Source: Sphyrna mokarran
Lineage: Eukaryota
Direction of reading: 5' to 3'
Length of the DNA stretch: 64,000 nt
NCBI GenBank assembly: GCA_024679065.1
Contig: JAGIQG010000009.1
Span: 65,224,001-65,288,000, forward strand
Shown: positions 40,085 through 53,174 of the stretch, piece after piece
How the letters are laid out: each line of letters begins with the position of its first letter
How positions within the stretch are numbered: position 1 is the first letter of the stretch
Program-made: the position numbers and the translations under genes
The notes under the pieces: model-generated
Seen by the model: the letters and a program-made list of their open reading frames with translations, nothing else
The model's database searches: none
What the model was told of the DNA's origin: nothing

Positions 40085-40483
40085 TCCAAATACAAAAAGA
40101 CTTGCATTTCACCCTGCACTTCTACAGCCACCAGATATTCCAGAAGCATACTACAGCCAATTAAACACTTTCTGCAATAACCACTAACATAGGAAATACA
40201 GCAGCCAATTTGTATGTAGCAAGCTCCCACAATGCAGTGTGATAAAAAGTTTTGTTGATCGAGAAATAAATGTTGGCCACAACCACTGGGGTAACTCTTG
40301 GTCTTCAACAAAATAGGACCTTTTACATCCTTTCAAGTGGGAAGACAGAGCCTCAAATTAAGGTCCCATCTGATATGCTGCATCACTGGCAGTGCTGTAC
40401 TGCACTGTGGTGTCAGCCTTGATTATTATACTCAAGTCCTGGAGCAGAACTTGAACTCATAACTTTAACTCAAGAGACCAGAG
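40085..40483 (-). mobile_element. DeuSINE-like (SacSINE1-type) SINE, head interrupted by a hAT MITE
   Basis: Reverse complement shows a head ('gagttcaagttctgctccaggacttgag'), a Deu-like domain ('cagatgggaccttaatttgaggctc') and an L2-type tail. Confidence 0.7.
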
Positions 40484-41191
40484 CAGTAGTGGACAACCTG
40501 GCCACATGCAGCTCACCGGGGTTCGGAGTGCCACTCAAGACATTTTGGTGACTGCGATTAGTGTACAGATCAGAAACTCCAAGATATAATATGAAGTTCG
40601 AGTGCACCCCAAATATTTGTTATTTTGGCATTAAAAGAATATGATTTTTCACTCCAGATGCAATTCTACTACAAACTGGGAAATTCTTATCAAATAAACT
40701 TTATTTAATATCACAGTTTAACTATAACAAATGAATTAGCTTAACATTTAAACAAAGCTTAAAAATAACGAGATACACAATATACAACTTATACATCTTA
40801 AATGTGCAGTATCATTGCACTGTTGCAGAGAAGCCACATGTCGCTGGCTTCTATCTGTGCAATTTATTTCCTACCAGTAAAGTGATAGGCACGAAAAGGC
40901 ACTTGAAATGAAGTACGTGTTGACTGCACAGGATGTTGCCTTAAAGAGCCATGCACTCCCCTACATCCAATTAAACACAAATATTTATTGTGTTTTACCA
41001 TAAAGTTGATGATAGTTCTATTAATGTATGAATGTTACTCATTTTCTATAACTTATGAAATATTTGGCATGTATTAAATGTTATCCGAGGGTCATAGTTA
41101 GTGAATATGCCCCATTTCAATTTTGCAGCCCACTGAAATGAAAGGAGGCCACTCATGTGCCCCACTCATTGATCCAAGTTGCCGTTCACTA
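40484..41191. mobile_element. Non-autonomous hAT (Charlie-like) DNA transposon
   Basis: Imperfect TIRs CAGTAGTGGACAACCT / AAGTTGCCGTTCACTA, subterminal gcggccc-like repeats, and a degenerate 8-bp TSD (gaccagag at 40476 vs ggccagtg at 41192, 6/8). Confidence 0.75.
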
Positions 41192-41682
41192 GGCCAGTGA
41201 GCTACTTCTCTCCTGAACATGGTGCACAGGATGTCAGATCTAATCCATAATGAAAGTTAAGAATGACACCTATTCTTGAGTTCAAGGAAAAGTATGATGT
41301 TGAAAATAATGCCTTAAAAATGTTATATTACTACAGTTCTGCATCCTGTATATTTACATTAATTGCATGTACTAAACATTGCCCAAGGAAAAATGATCCA
41401 TATAAATTACAATTTAATCAGAGTAATTTGCACTTAATTCTGTAAATCATACTGAAAATTCCTAGTTACACCTATTTTTAATGTCTTAAATATGAAGGTA
41501 GTTATTACTTTCCTGTAATTTTAATTTGTAACTAACTACCTAATTATGGTAGGAAGGGAAAGAGTTAATGATAAGGAGTACGCAATCCCTTAACATAAGT
41601 TCTGAGAAATATCAGTTCAGTAAGCCAAGCACAATACATTTTATTCTTTCTTAAAAGAGGAAGAGAAAAAATGGTTTCTTAC

Positions 41683-41781
41683 CGGTTGTATTACGTTTTG
41701 TGGAGGTCTCTGTTCTGGTGCTCGTCCTTCTTCCCTAGCTTTGACTGATTGTAAAATTGCAAATATGTTCTTGGAAAAATT
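41683..41781 (-). CDS. CDC73: Parafibromin coding exon (equivalent to human exon 8, 99 bp)
   Basis: cctcag|AATTTTTCCAAG...CAACCG|gtaaga encodes [33 protein letters not shown], phase 0 at both ends. Confidence 0.97.
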
Positions 41782-41821
41782 CTGAGGATGGACAAAATAC
41801 AATCAGTAGTGGAAATGTTAA

Positions 41822-43630
41822 AGATAAAAGCAAATTACTACAGATTCTGGAATCTGAAAAACAGAAAATGCTACAAAATCTCAGCAGGACCAACAGCATC
41901 TATAGAAAGAGAACAGAGCTAACACTTCAAGACTAGTTGTCTCTTCATTAGAAGACTGATTGACAGCAGAAATGGTTACGGTTCTAGATAATTAAGAATT
42001 AAATTGAACTTCGTTATCTTTCACCTACATGTTGCCATCTTTTGTACAAAAGAAAGAAATGCCAGAATCTAATCAGTCAGCAGTTCTCAGATACTTCTTC
42101 CTATATCCCCAAGAACATAAGAAATAGGAGCAGAAGTAGGCCATCTAGCCCTTCAAGCCTGCCCTGCCATTCAATAAGATCATGTCTGATCCGAAAGTGG
42201 CTCAGTTCCACTTGCCCAGCTGCTCCCATTAACCCTTAATTCCCTTATCAATCAAAAATCTACCTACCTGGGACTTGAACATATTCAAGAAGTAGCTTCC
42301 ACCACTTCAATGGGCAGAGAATTCCAGAGATTCACTACCCGCAGAGAAGAAGTTCCTCCTCAATTCTGTTCTAAACTGACCCCCCCCCCCATCCTTATTT
42401 TGAGGTGTGTCCTCTAGTTCTTGTTTTCTTTCTAAGTGGAAAGAATCTCTCTGCCACTACCCTATCTAGCCCGTTCATTATATGTCTCTATATGATCACC
42501 CCTCAGCCTTCTAAATGCCAATGAGTCCCCACCACTAAAGATCAATTTGTTTCCAGAATCATCATCTAATCCAAAGATCTTCCCTGCACAGCTTCCTACC
42601 TCAGTTCCCTAACACCATACAACCCACTTCTCCCTCTCCCCCAAAATCCACAAACATTACTGTCCTGATAGACCAATTATTTCAGCCTGTTCCATTCTCT
42701 CTGATCTTATTTATTCCTCTATTTTGTTCTCCCTTTATTCAGTGTCTTTCAACTTACATCCATGACTCCTCCTCCATCATTCCCATAATTTCTGATTTCC
42801 CAGCCATAACCACTTCTTTAACATGTTAAATCTCTCTACCTCTCCATCCCTCCACCAGGACTGTGTAAGGGTTTCTCAATTCACTATGCTGAAGTGATTC
42901 CTTTAACTTATCTTGCTTTCTCCATACAAAAGATGTTGTGATGGTATTTGCATTATGCATCTCTTTGTACGGTAGAAATGCTGTACATTCCTCATCAATG
43001 ACTAAATCAGTGCCGCTTCCTGCTCAGAACTGAAAAAAGTCAATCAATCTTGCTTCCCATCCCCTCTCATCTCCAACACTTCCTTTCCTCAACTTTTCTG
43101 TCATTCTGTCTATTTCTGGGGGTAGACTGTCTGCTAATATTCATTATAAGCACAATGACTCCCATAGCTATCTGGACTACACTTCCTTGTTCCATCAGCT
43201 TCGCATCTGTTCAGATGATGCTACCTTCCACAATAGTACTACTGGCATATCTTTATTTTCTCTCAAATAAAATTCCTCCCATATTTTCCTTTCCACTAAA
43301 GAGTCCTTAACCACATTCAACCTGTTTCATGTACTTAGCCTCTCACCCCTTTCCCTCCCTCCCCAAGCTACAATAGATCTTCCTTTCCATATCCCAAAAC
43401 TCCACAAACGAAGGATTATGGCAGTCTCCCATCCCCTATCAGCAGTCCAATAGGATTCTTTCTTCCAGAACACACTGGTCCATTCCTCCTATGCTCTACA
43501 TCCGCTTTCAAATGGCATAAGCATTTTTACCTCTCTTAATTCTGAAGAATCATTCAACTCGAAATGTCAACTGTTTCTCTATTCATGAATGCTGCTAGTC
43601 CCGAAGTTTTAATGCCAGAATTTAGATATT
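41822..43630 (+). mobile_element. Degenerate Penelope-like element with an inverted terminal copy (41822-41955) and a minus-strand CR1 insert (~42112-42530)
   Basis: RT remnants PKIHK..CP.RPIISAC (~42640-42695) and SLY.SIP; the 3' end 'ctgaaga...cgaaatgtcaactgtttctct...gctgc' is mirrored in reverse at 41822-41955. Confidence 0.75.
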
Positions 43631-44634
43631 ACAGCCTTAGACAGGCTTTTAACTTAAACAATTGATCAAAAATACAAAAATTAGCTTGCTTCTGCTGCTG
43701 AGTAAGAGCAGTGAAAATTTAATAATTGGCATTACTGGAATAGGCCTGCAAGGAAGGGATAACACATAACTCAGATATCAAATATCCCAGTGAAGCAGAC
43801 ATATTCATATTCAAGCTTGACAGAAGACTCTCCTCCTTCCTTCAAAACCAACTTGGAATAATTGAGGTATTTTACAATTAAATATGGTGATAAATCATTG
43901 CAATTCAAAGGCATCAGCTGGATGGATAGGTTTTCCTTAATATTAGAACTCTCAGCATTGGGGCAACTTTCCTCCTCAGAGTTCAGTTTCCCAAACAAGT
44001 GGCTCTTTCCCACAGCCAGGTAATCATCATTTTTATTGTTAAATATGTGGTCTTGGCAACTAATTTGTTTAAATTAACCATCTCAACAAAAGGGGCTCAT
44101 CCATCTTTTTAAACTTTAGCACAAGGCATCATCAGCATCCTGTCATCCAATTAGAGAAAATGGGCACACAGCAAACAAATCCATAACTTCACTGTTTGTT
44201 GTGCAGCAAAGACATGATTTAAGGACCAGATCTGTAACATTCATATTCTCCCCTTGACCTTATAGCCTGTACACCTGCACCCAGTCATTTGCAAGAGTTG
44301 TTGTAAGGTACTAACCAGAGGGAAATACCATTTAACATGATTTCACTTCAGATATTGCCAGGTTTATTTCCCTAGACATTTACTTAGGATAGATTATAGA
44401 GGACAAGGTTTACCTTGCCCTTTTTTAATCAACAATGTACAGCCTTGGACATACAGCTATTTCTTAGGTAATGGAGAGGACAAAAGGTGCTTAAAATCAC
44501 ACTTCCAGGTCAAGATGATATTCAAAATGTGATTAAAATTTAACTGTTGTGTATTTTAGCTGTATGTACATGCAGTTTATTTTCAGTAAATTATTAGGTG
44601 ATATGGCCAACAATTAGAGAATATACAAAGTGTC

Positions 44635-44960
44635 ATAAGACAGGAGAAGTCAATGAAAATCATGACTGATCTGACATAATCACCAATTCCTCTTTTCCAC
44701 CTAATCCCAATAATCCTTGATTTCCTTAGTTTAAAAATCTGTCCATTTCAGTCTTGAATATATTTAATGACACAGCCTCTGCAGTAAAGAATTCCACAGG
44801 TTCACCACCCTCAGGAAACATTTTTCCCCATCTGTCTTCAATGGACCTAGACTTTCTAACAAGGATAAGCACCCTTTCAACATTTATCCTATCAAGACCT
44901 CTGAGAATCCTACATATCTCAATAACATCACCTCTCATTCTTCTAAACTCCAAGGAGAAT
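44635..44960 (-). mobile_element. CR1 3' fragment
   Basis: EFRRMRGD.IE...ILRGLDR...LNIFKTEMDRFL. Confidence 0.85.
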
Positions 44961-47799
44961 TAATCTCTCCTCTTAAGAAAATCCCTCTAAAATATCTTAC
45001 CTGGTCTGGACTACATGTGACTCTAGAGCTACACAGCTTTGTGATTAACTCGCAACTGCCCGCAAGGGCAAATAGAGATAGGCAATAAATGCTGGCCAGC
45101 CAGCAACACCAATGTCCCACAAATGAATAAATATAGTTACCTTTTCCTTCCTATTTATCCTTATAAAAAGTATCATAGCCTGAATATTTAATTCCTAATT
45201 GAATCTCTTTGTAACCACATCTCTGTAATGGCTATAAAATCCATACCTATTAACCTCAAAGTGTGTCATTAATTCATTTATTTTGTGCCGAATACCATGT
45301 ACATTTAAGTAAAGAGCCATTAATTTTGCTGTACCATTTTATTTCCCTTTTTGATATTATTTGTTGCCTTTTTATGTTTCTTCCTGTCACACTCAGGGTA
45401 TCATTACAAAACAGCTGACTTTCAATTATGCCATATCCTTTTGCTTTGAAAAGACTACATATCCCCTTTCTAGCACAACTGCCCACTGTCCAGAGCTGCA
45501 ATCAGTGCTGGACACAGTGTCTGAATTTCTGTGTTCTGAGCAAAGAGATTAGCTGAGCCCAAGTACAGCTGAGACCAGTTCAGATCAGTTTCCTTAAATT
45601 CTTTCAGCTATTGCCACTTGATCACCTCTTGACCCCTTATTTAGGCCCCTGGGGGAGAGTTACAAGTTAAACAATACTTGCATTTAAATGTTAAAACACA
45701 AATACAAACCAAATTAGATTTTTAGAAAAATGTTTAAAATTTCCCTCTACCTAACAAACTTTCACACATTGTCCTAAGCCATACTCCACATAAAGAAATT
45801 ACAATAAGCGTCTGGTACAATTTGAAACAAACAGTTCAAACAAAATAAAATCATTTCCTTTGAGTATTCATAAGTGATATGTCCTCCTCAGACAATGACC
45901 GCCCAAGGAGGTAACAACTTTAGTATAAATTGGATGTAAATAGTAAATTGGCTATAAGTTCTAAAAACAAATCTCCAAGAAGAATGACATCCATTTCAGA
46001 GTATTGAAAAAGAGAGAGAGAGAAATGGAGGAGGAGATATATGAAGATGATCATTACAAAGCAAGCAAATACGAGGGAAGTCCCAGTGGATAGATAGAGA
46101 CTTCATGATATATGTTTGCAAACATGGCAACAAAGCAAATTCCAACACCTCTGCAACTGCGAATAAGAAAATGGAATCCATTATCAGGAGCCTACTTTAG
46201 GTTTATCTGTACAATGATGACCTAATAAATCACAATCAATACAGAAAGACAATAGTCAGACAACATCTGCCTTTTCTGAATTTGAGCATGGTGATATCTT
46301 ATTAGAAGCCACCATAGAATTATAAATGACACAGCACAAGGGGCCAGTGTGACAATCAGGTTTGTGTTGACTCTTTAGTAAAGCAATCCAATTGAGTCAA
46401 CTAAGCCATTCATTTTTAACAGTCTCTAAATGGTTTCCTGAAAAATATATGGCCGACTCTCAAACAGCCCTACTATAGTCCTGTTAAATTACACAGAACC
46501 TTACTAGGTCCTTAACTGAAGTACTTACCCAAGGAAGGATGCAATAAAGGCTCAGATTGATCTACAGGAGGAGAGATCGTAGAGACTGGACCAAATATTG
46601 TGATTGTGTAACTTGTGCATGAGTGATATTAACCTGTTGTTTCAATGGCTGACAAGCATATACTGAGCTGTTCTGTACATTTTGAAGGCAAGAAAAGACA
46701 ATGACGAAAGATGGCTGCCATCAGAGTCCTGACTTTTGGTACAGCTAGTGACCAGTTTCTGGAAAGTCCCAACGTGGAACAAATTTTAAACATGCCACAG
46801 CATACTTTTCTGGAATTTCACACTGGAGGATATCAAGAATTACTTCAAAATGTATGGGACATAGCAAGTGCATTTCCATAAAATGCTCTCTCCAACAGAG
46901 AAAGAAGGCCTGCTAGAACTATAGGTGCATGGAGAGATATTTTCCTATTTCATCAGGATGTACAATGACTCACTTAAGATATTATGGTTAGGACATTATA
47001 GAGTCAAATCCCCTTACCGTGAAACAAAAACAATTGTTAATTAAGACATCCGATAAACAAACAGCCTTTTGAAATCATTATAGGGAGTGGGGTTCCACAA
47101 CTAAAGTGACCATTTTAAAATCTTTAACAAGCTACTCAAGACGGAAGTGAGTATCTGGAAAAGGTGCCAATGAACAATAATGATCACCTGCTCTCTCCTA
47201 AGTTAAGACACTATTACAGTTTAAAAATTCAATACATAAATGAATTTTCCAAAGAAAGGAACTTCAGATGTAAAACAAAGTGACACTGGAAGAGGTGGAT
47301 TAAGGATTTAAAAGAAATCATCTCCAGCAACTGCAGTTAGGAACAATATAATTGCTGAAATCTAAAACTTGGGAAAATCTCTGCTGCAGCCACAGTAAGA
47401 CAAACAAGGACTCAAACAGTATACTCTCAATTTCTTTACCTTTCAGTAGTGTACCTCAACTTATCTAAGAAAGTAATTAGCTATAGTAAATTTTACATGG
47501 TAGTGTGCATGAGAACACGGGCTGTGAATGTTTGAGAAGTGTGAGTTTACCCTTTCAAGTATTTTATCTTTACCTGGATGGATATTAAACTTAAAAAAAA
47601 ACAAATCCCTATTTATTTTAAACTTTAAGAAAGCCTGCAGGACTTGCCTTCCCTGCAACCAGTACAAATGGTTAAACGTAGGCATTCAGAAAATTCCTTC
47701 ATCCTTCCAAATTGACAAAATAAACTGTTACGGACAGATTTGGAGTGGTAGCACAGGAGAGATATATTTTGTCCCTCCTCATTCGGCCTTAACACAATA

Positions 47800-50700
47800 A
47801 ACTCCAGAATTCAAATGAATGAGAAGAAATTCAGAATAGTCGTTATGGACCGAAAGCCATCAGGAGATACTCAGACACTACGATTGTGTTTTCCCAAGTT
47901 TCAGCCGGTCTCCCTTATACTAAAGATTTATACACAACAAAGATGACCTGGTCTAACCTGACAGAGTGAACTAACCCTCCCCCCACCCGTTATCCCATTG
48001 GACACAAATCAGTAACAATTCAAAAAAAGAATGATTAAAAAAAGCCATATTCAAGACAAATTCCAGCAAAGGCTCCACCAAACCAACTATGACCTGTGAT
48101 GACACAACAAGGAATGTAAGATCCACCTTTGTGCTAAGAGGACTCTGAGTTCATCTGCTGCCACGAGTTCAGTAAATTGAATGCAATAACCCAATCGATT
48201 TCACCAGGCCTGGTAATAACTATTTCTCAGGTAATTAGCATAGTTTGAGGAAAGTTAACTTAATCTCTCATATGAGAATTGTTTCTATAATCAGAGAGTG
48301 TTTTAATAAAGCTAAGTTTGAACCAATCCTTTGTTTGTCTCAAAGTAAAAGCACTTGAGGTAAATGTACTAAATTGGTTGAAGTCACTGTATGAAATATT
48401 TTTACAGACAACAGTAAACCCCAGTGGGGGCCATCTAAACAGAAAGCGAGAAGAGGGGTCTGTCCATAACTTGCCCACAGACATAGCCTCCGATTTTGTA
48501 AAATTAATCTTATAATCCGAAAAAAAAGACCAAATCTAGCCATCACATCAATAAGAGCAGGGATAGAGATATACAGTTTGGAGACAGACAACAACACATC
48601 ATCTGCATAAAGTGAAATTTTGTGTTGCCTATCTCCATTGGACAACTCATAAACCTGGAGGCCACATCTAATGGCTTTAGAAATTTGAAATGTCAGCTAC
48701 GACTCCCAAGTTTTACAGATGCACCACAACAGAAAGCATTCTTTCTGGTTGTATCACAGCTTGGTACGGCTCCTGCTCTGCCCAAGACCACAAGAAACTA
48801 CAAAAGATCACGAATATAACCCAGTCCATCACACAAACCAGCCTCCCTTCCACTGACTCTGTCTACACTTTCCATTGCCTCAGCAAAGTAATAAACATAA
48901 CAAAAGACTCCATGCACTCCAGCCATTCTCGCTTCCACCTTTTTTCTTCAAGGAAAATATACCGTACCAAATGACTTAAGAACAGCCTTTTCCCTGCTGC
49001 CCTCAGACTTTTGAATGGACCTAATTTGTATTAAGTAACTCTTGCTCTACATCCTTGCTACGACTAAAGCACAACATTCTGAACTCTCTCGTTTCCTTCT
49101 TTTTGAATGTATGCTGTGTCTGTACAACATGCAGGAAACAATACTTTTCATTGAATGCCAATGTGACAATAATAAATCAAATCAAAAATTAAAGATTCAA
49201 TAGTTAAAGCAACCTAAGGAGAGACTGGACATCCCTGCCTTGTCCCTTTATGAAGGCCAAAATTCTCCACTTAGAGCCATTTATGAAGACCACTGCCATT
49301 TGATTCCGATGGAATACATCAATCCACTTCACAAAATCCCCTCCTAATCCAAATTTATGCAGCATACAGAACAAAGAATTCCACTCCACCTTATCAAAGG
49401 CTCTTTCAGCATATAGGGTGATGAGTAACCCAAAGCATGCTACAGGGAGATTTGGATAATATTCAATAATGTACTAACATTATTGCACGAGTTCTGAACC
49501 TTAATAAATTCAGTCTGGTCATCCCGGATAATGACAGGGAAGGATTTTCTCCAGATGCATTTCCAGGACCTTAAACCTTTCATGTCAACATTCAATAAAG
49601 AAATGAGTCTGTGAGAAGTACACTGGTCAGGATTCCTGCCCGGTTTCAGGATTAAGAAAATAATAGCCTTACGGACCAACTGCGGTAGCAAATCTATGCC
49701 AAATGTGATGATATATACCAATTAACAGATTTAATTACAAGGCTTTGAATTAATACCCAAAACCGTTAGACCTGGATGCCTTACCAGGCTGAAGCTCCTT
49801 TATGGCAGACCACCACCCATCTCAGAGATCAGGGCATTCAAAGCTACTCTCAAATCCTCTGAGATAAAAGAAAACGCAAGAGAAGAAATGCTTTATTAGT
49901 AATAGGGTATCATCAGCTGGACCAATGAATACAAATGAGCATAAAAGCTCTTAAAAGCTTTGTTAATATCTTCTGCCTTTATCTCCTACACACTGGAGTC
50001 CACCACCGAAGCTACTGTCTTAGAGTCTGATTACTTCCTGGTAAGAAAAGCCAAATACATGCAACTTCTGTTAGCAAACCTTAAATTCCTACCTGCTCAC
50101 TGGGTCTACAAAGACTTCAGTCCCACCATAACTATACCAATTTCTTTCAGCTTCACACAAGAATTCTTACCGCACCTCTTCCCAATTCAGCCAACCAGAC
50201 CTCCAACTGATGTCTTTTTCTAGCCAGGAATGAGATGACTAAACCTCTAGCAAAGGCTTTGCAAGTCTCCCAGATTATAACGGGGTTGACATCAGAAAGA
50301 GAATTAACCAAATAAAAAGGATCAAATTTGGTCTTGGAACACAAGATGAAATTATTATTTTTCAGTAAAGATGCATCATATCTCCACACCACTTCACAAG
50401 CTAAAGTCAACACTTTTGCTTGTTGCACAGGAATGCTTCTCATAACAGAGAGATCAATTAGCAGGTTAAAATGGAAATTAAAATTACTACCAATAAATGA
50501 ATAGCTGGAGGCCAATTCAAAGTCCATAAAGACTTTAGAGACTAAGTCTGGGGTAATTAAGAACCATTAACATTCATTATTCTCCCCATACACTAGTATC
50601 TTGGCAATCACATACTACTCCCTTGTCTTTCACACAGTTATCCAAACCAAAATACAGATTTTTGTTAACCAACATTGTTGCACCTCAACTGCTAGTCAGA

Positions 50701-50810
50701 AATAGCAAAACATACCTGCCCCAACCAGCCCCCAAGTTTATGCGCCCTGTAATCCAGATGAGTTTTTTGTACCAGAGCAATGTCAACTCTATCCTGAAAG
50801 AATATAAGAT
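47800..50810 (-). mobile_element. Degenerate L1-clade LINE ORF2 (EN and RT), interrupted by Rex1
   Basis: Minus-strand fragments KISLYADDVLL, LILKPGR.P..C.S.R.ISLLNVD.K, DQT.FIK, WETCKAFARG..IS and KFGLG..F.KWI. Confidence 0.85.
48673..49190 (+). mobile_element. Rex1/Babar LINE 3' fragment nested in the L1
   Basis: FYRCT.ESILSGCITAWYGSCSAQDHKKLQK; tail 'gtgacaataataaatcaaatcaaa'. Confidence 0.88.
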
Positions 50811-50814
50811 CTTC

Positions 50815-51895
50815 TTAACACACAATCTTCTTCAACACAGGTGCTCCATCAGGCTATATCCTCAGCCCCTTACTATATTCCTTATATACCTTTGACTGTG
50901 TGGCCAAATTCCCCTCCAACTCAATTTTCAAACTGGCTAATAGCACCACCATTGTAGGTCAGATTTCAAAAAATTATGACACACTATAGGAAAGAGATAA
51001 GAGAATCTGGTGAACTGGTGCAACGATATTAATCTCTCCCGCAATGTCAACAAAAAGATAGTCATCCACTTCATTTTTGATTTGATTTTTTATTGTCACA
51101 CGTATCAACACACTGTGAAAAGTATTGTTTCTTGCGCACATGGGCTACTCTGTGTCGTCATTGTTTAAGATCTGACCCACTATGGTAGTGTCATCACTAA
51201 ACTTGAAAATAGAACTGGAGGGGGAGCGTAGTGGAGGGAATGCCCTGTCTATGTCAATGTGGATGAAGCAGAAATGGTTGAGAGCTTCAGGTTTTTCTGT
51301 ATTCAGATCACCAACCTGTCCTGATCCCTCCATACGGACACTATAGTTAAGAATGCTCACCAATACTTCTATTTTCTCAGGAGTCTAAAAAAATTTGGAA
51401 TATCTGCTACAACTCTCATTAACATTATATTGGACCAAAGAAAGCATTTTTTCTGATTGTATCGTAGCTCGGCATGGCTTCTGCTCTGTCCAAGACTGCA
51501 AGAAATTACAAAGAGTCATGAATGAAGCACAGCCCATCACTCAAACCAGCCTTCCATCCACTGACACTATACACACTTTTCGCTGCCTCGGAAAAGCAGC
51601 TAGCATAGTCAAGAACCCCAGGGACTCTCTTCCAACTTCTTCCTTTGGGATAAAGATATAAAACTCTGAGATCACGTACCAACCGACTCAAAAACAGCTT
51701 CTTTCTTGCTACCTGTTTGAATGGACCTACCTCGCATTAAATTGATCTTTCTCTACACCCTAGCTATGACTGCAACACGATATGCTGCACTCTCTCCTTT
51801 CCTTCCTTATGCATGGTATTCTTTGTCTGTATAGCACGCAAGAAACAATATTTTTAACCATATACTAATAAGCGTGACAATAAAAAAGTCAAATA
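50815..51895 (+). mobile_element. Rex1/Babar LINE with an internal inverted insert (51076-51225)
   Basis: RT remnants 'PLLYSLYT.DCVAKF.SNSIFK' and 'ESI...CIVA..G.CS.QDCKKLQRV'; tail 'gtgacaataaaaaagtcaaat'. Confidence 0.88.
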
Positions 51896-51897
51896 AA

Positions 51898-52216
51898 GAG
51901 CAGTACAATGGTTAGCGCTGCTTCCTTACAGCGCCAGGGATCCGGGTTCAAATTCAGCCTTGGGCGACTGTATTATGTCTTATCAATCATGGCTGCATTG
52001 GTTTCTTCATAGTATTCCAATTTCCTTCCACAGTCCAAAGATGCTGTGCTAAATTACCTCGCAGTATCCAAAGTATTGTAAGTTAGGTGGATTAGCCACG
52101 GTTAAAAATGCACAAAGGATATAACTGGGGTGGGCCTGCTAAGGTGCTCTTTTGGAGAGTCTGTGCAGGCTCAATGGGCCAAATGGTCCCCTTCTGCACT
52201 GTAGGAATTCTATGAT
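51898..52216 (+). mobile_element. HE1/V-SINE-like SINE
   Basis: Head 'tggttagcgctgc...cagcgccagggatccgggttcaa', V-domain, and CR1-type tail 'gggaattctatgattct'-like. Confidence 0.85.
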
Positions 52217-53174
52217 TCTGATTCTTTTTAACAAGGTGATAAATTCCCTGCACGTCCCTGGAGCAAATCTGGCGTTGCTTATTCAAGCACAAAAAATACA
52301 GGATATTAGCACTTGTAAAATGCCGATAAAACTGCCATAGATTTTCATCCACAGTTCTGTGTGCACCTAGGACAGCTTACCACAACCCTTACCATAATGG
52401 AATACAATGCAATATCTCTTCCCAGGATATATAGTGTGTCTGTACTATATTAGGAGTTAAGCATTCTATCGTCCCAAAATATCTCAAATACAAATATGCA
52501 AGCCTTAATCCACAGGCCTACCTCCCCGCAAGTGCACTGCTCATTTTAATGATAATTGTAAAAGGATATCTGGTGAAAAACTCCATCACTATGTATACCA
52601 GGAAGATGAGAGAACAGATAAAAATCTCACAGCTGGAAAGCCCTACAATCTATGCAACACACTCCTTATGAGCAAGTAGTACATTGTGAGATATATTCCA
52701 TTAAGGATAAATGAGTGCTCCTGGGTACATCAGGATAACAAGCAAAAATTCACAGTCATGTACACTCGTAGATTGCCCCCATCAATCCCAACCCCCTTTA
52801 TCTGACCCATCAAATATCCGACACTATTCTCTCGTCCTCATTTGTTTATCCAGCTTCACATTAAAAGTTTTTGTTATTTGCCTCAACAATGCTTTCTCTC
52901 AAATTCTCTATTGAATTTAATATTGACTCTTACATTTATCAGTCTAGTTTTTTTGATTTCCCATAAGTGGATTATGATCACAATTACTGAGATTAGCTTT
53001 GAACTCCTCAAATATCAATTAATTGAATTTAAACTCTACCAGCTGTGAAGATGTGAAGATACGTCCTCAGAGCATTAAAATAAAAAGAAAATACTGCGGA
53101 TGCTGGAGATCTGAAATTAAAACAAAGTGCTGGAAAAGCTCAGCCAAGCCACTACATTCATTTAAGGTATTCCC

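Noticed and set aside
44230-44262. Possible polypurine tract and LTR start on the minus strand
   Set aside because: No second LTR, TSD or recognisable gag/pol remnant could be confirmed.
51898-51960. tRNA gene-like A/B boxes here and at 17838, ~19950 and 61773
   Set aside because: These are SINE heads followed by V-domains and LINE-type tails, not complete cloverleaf tRNAs.
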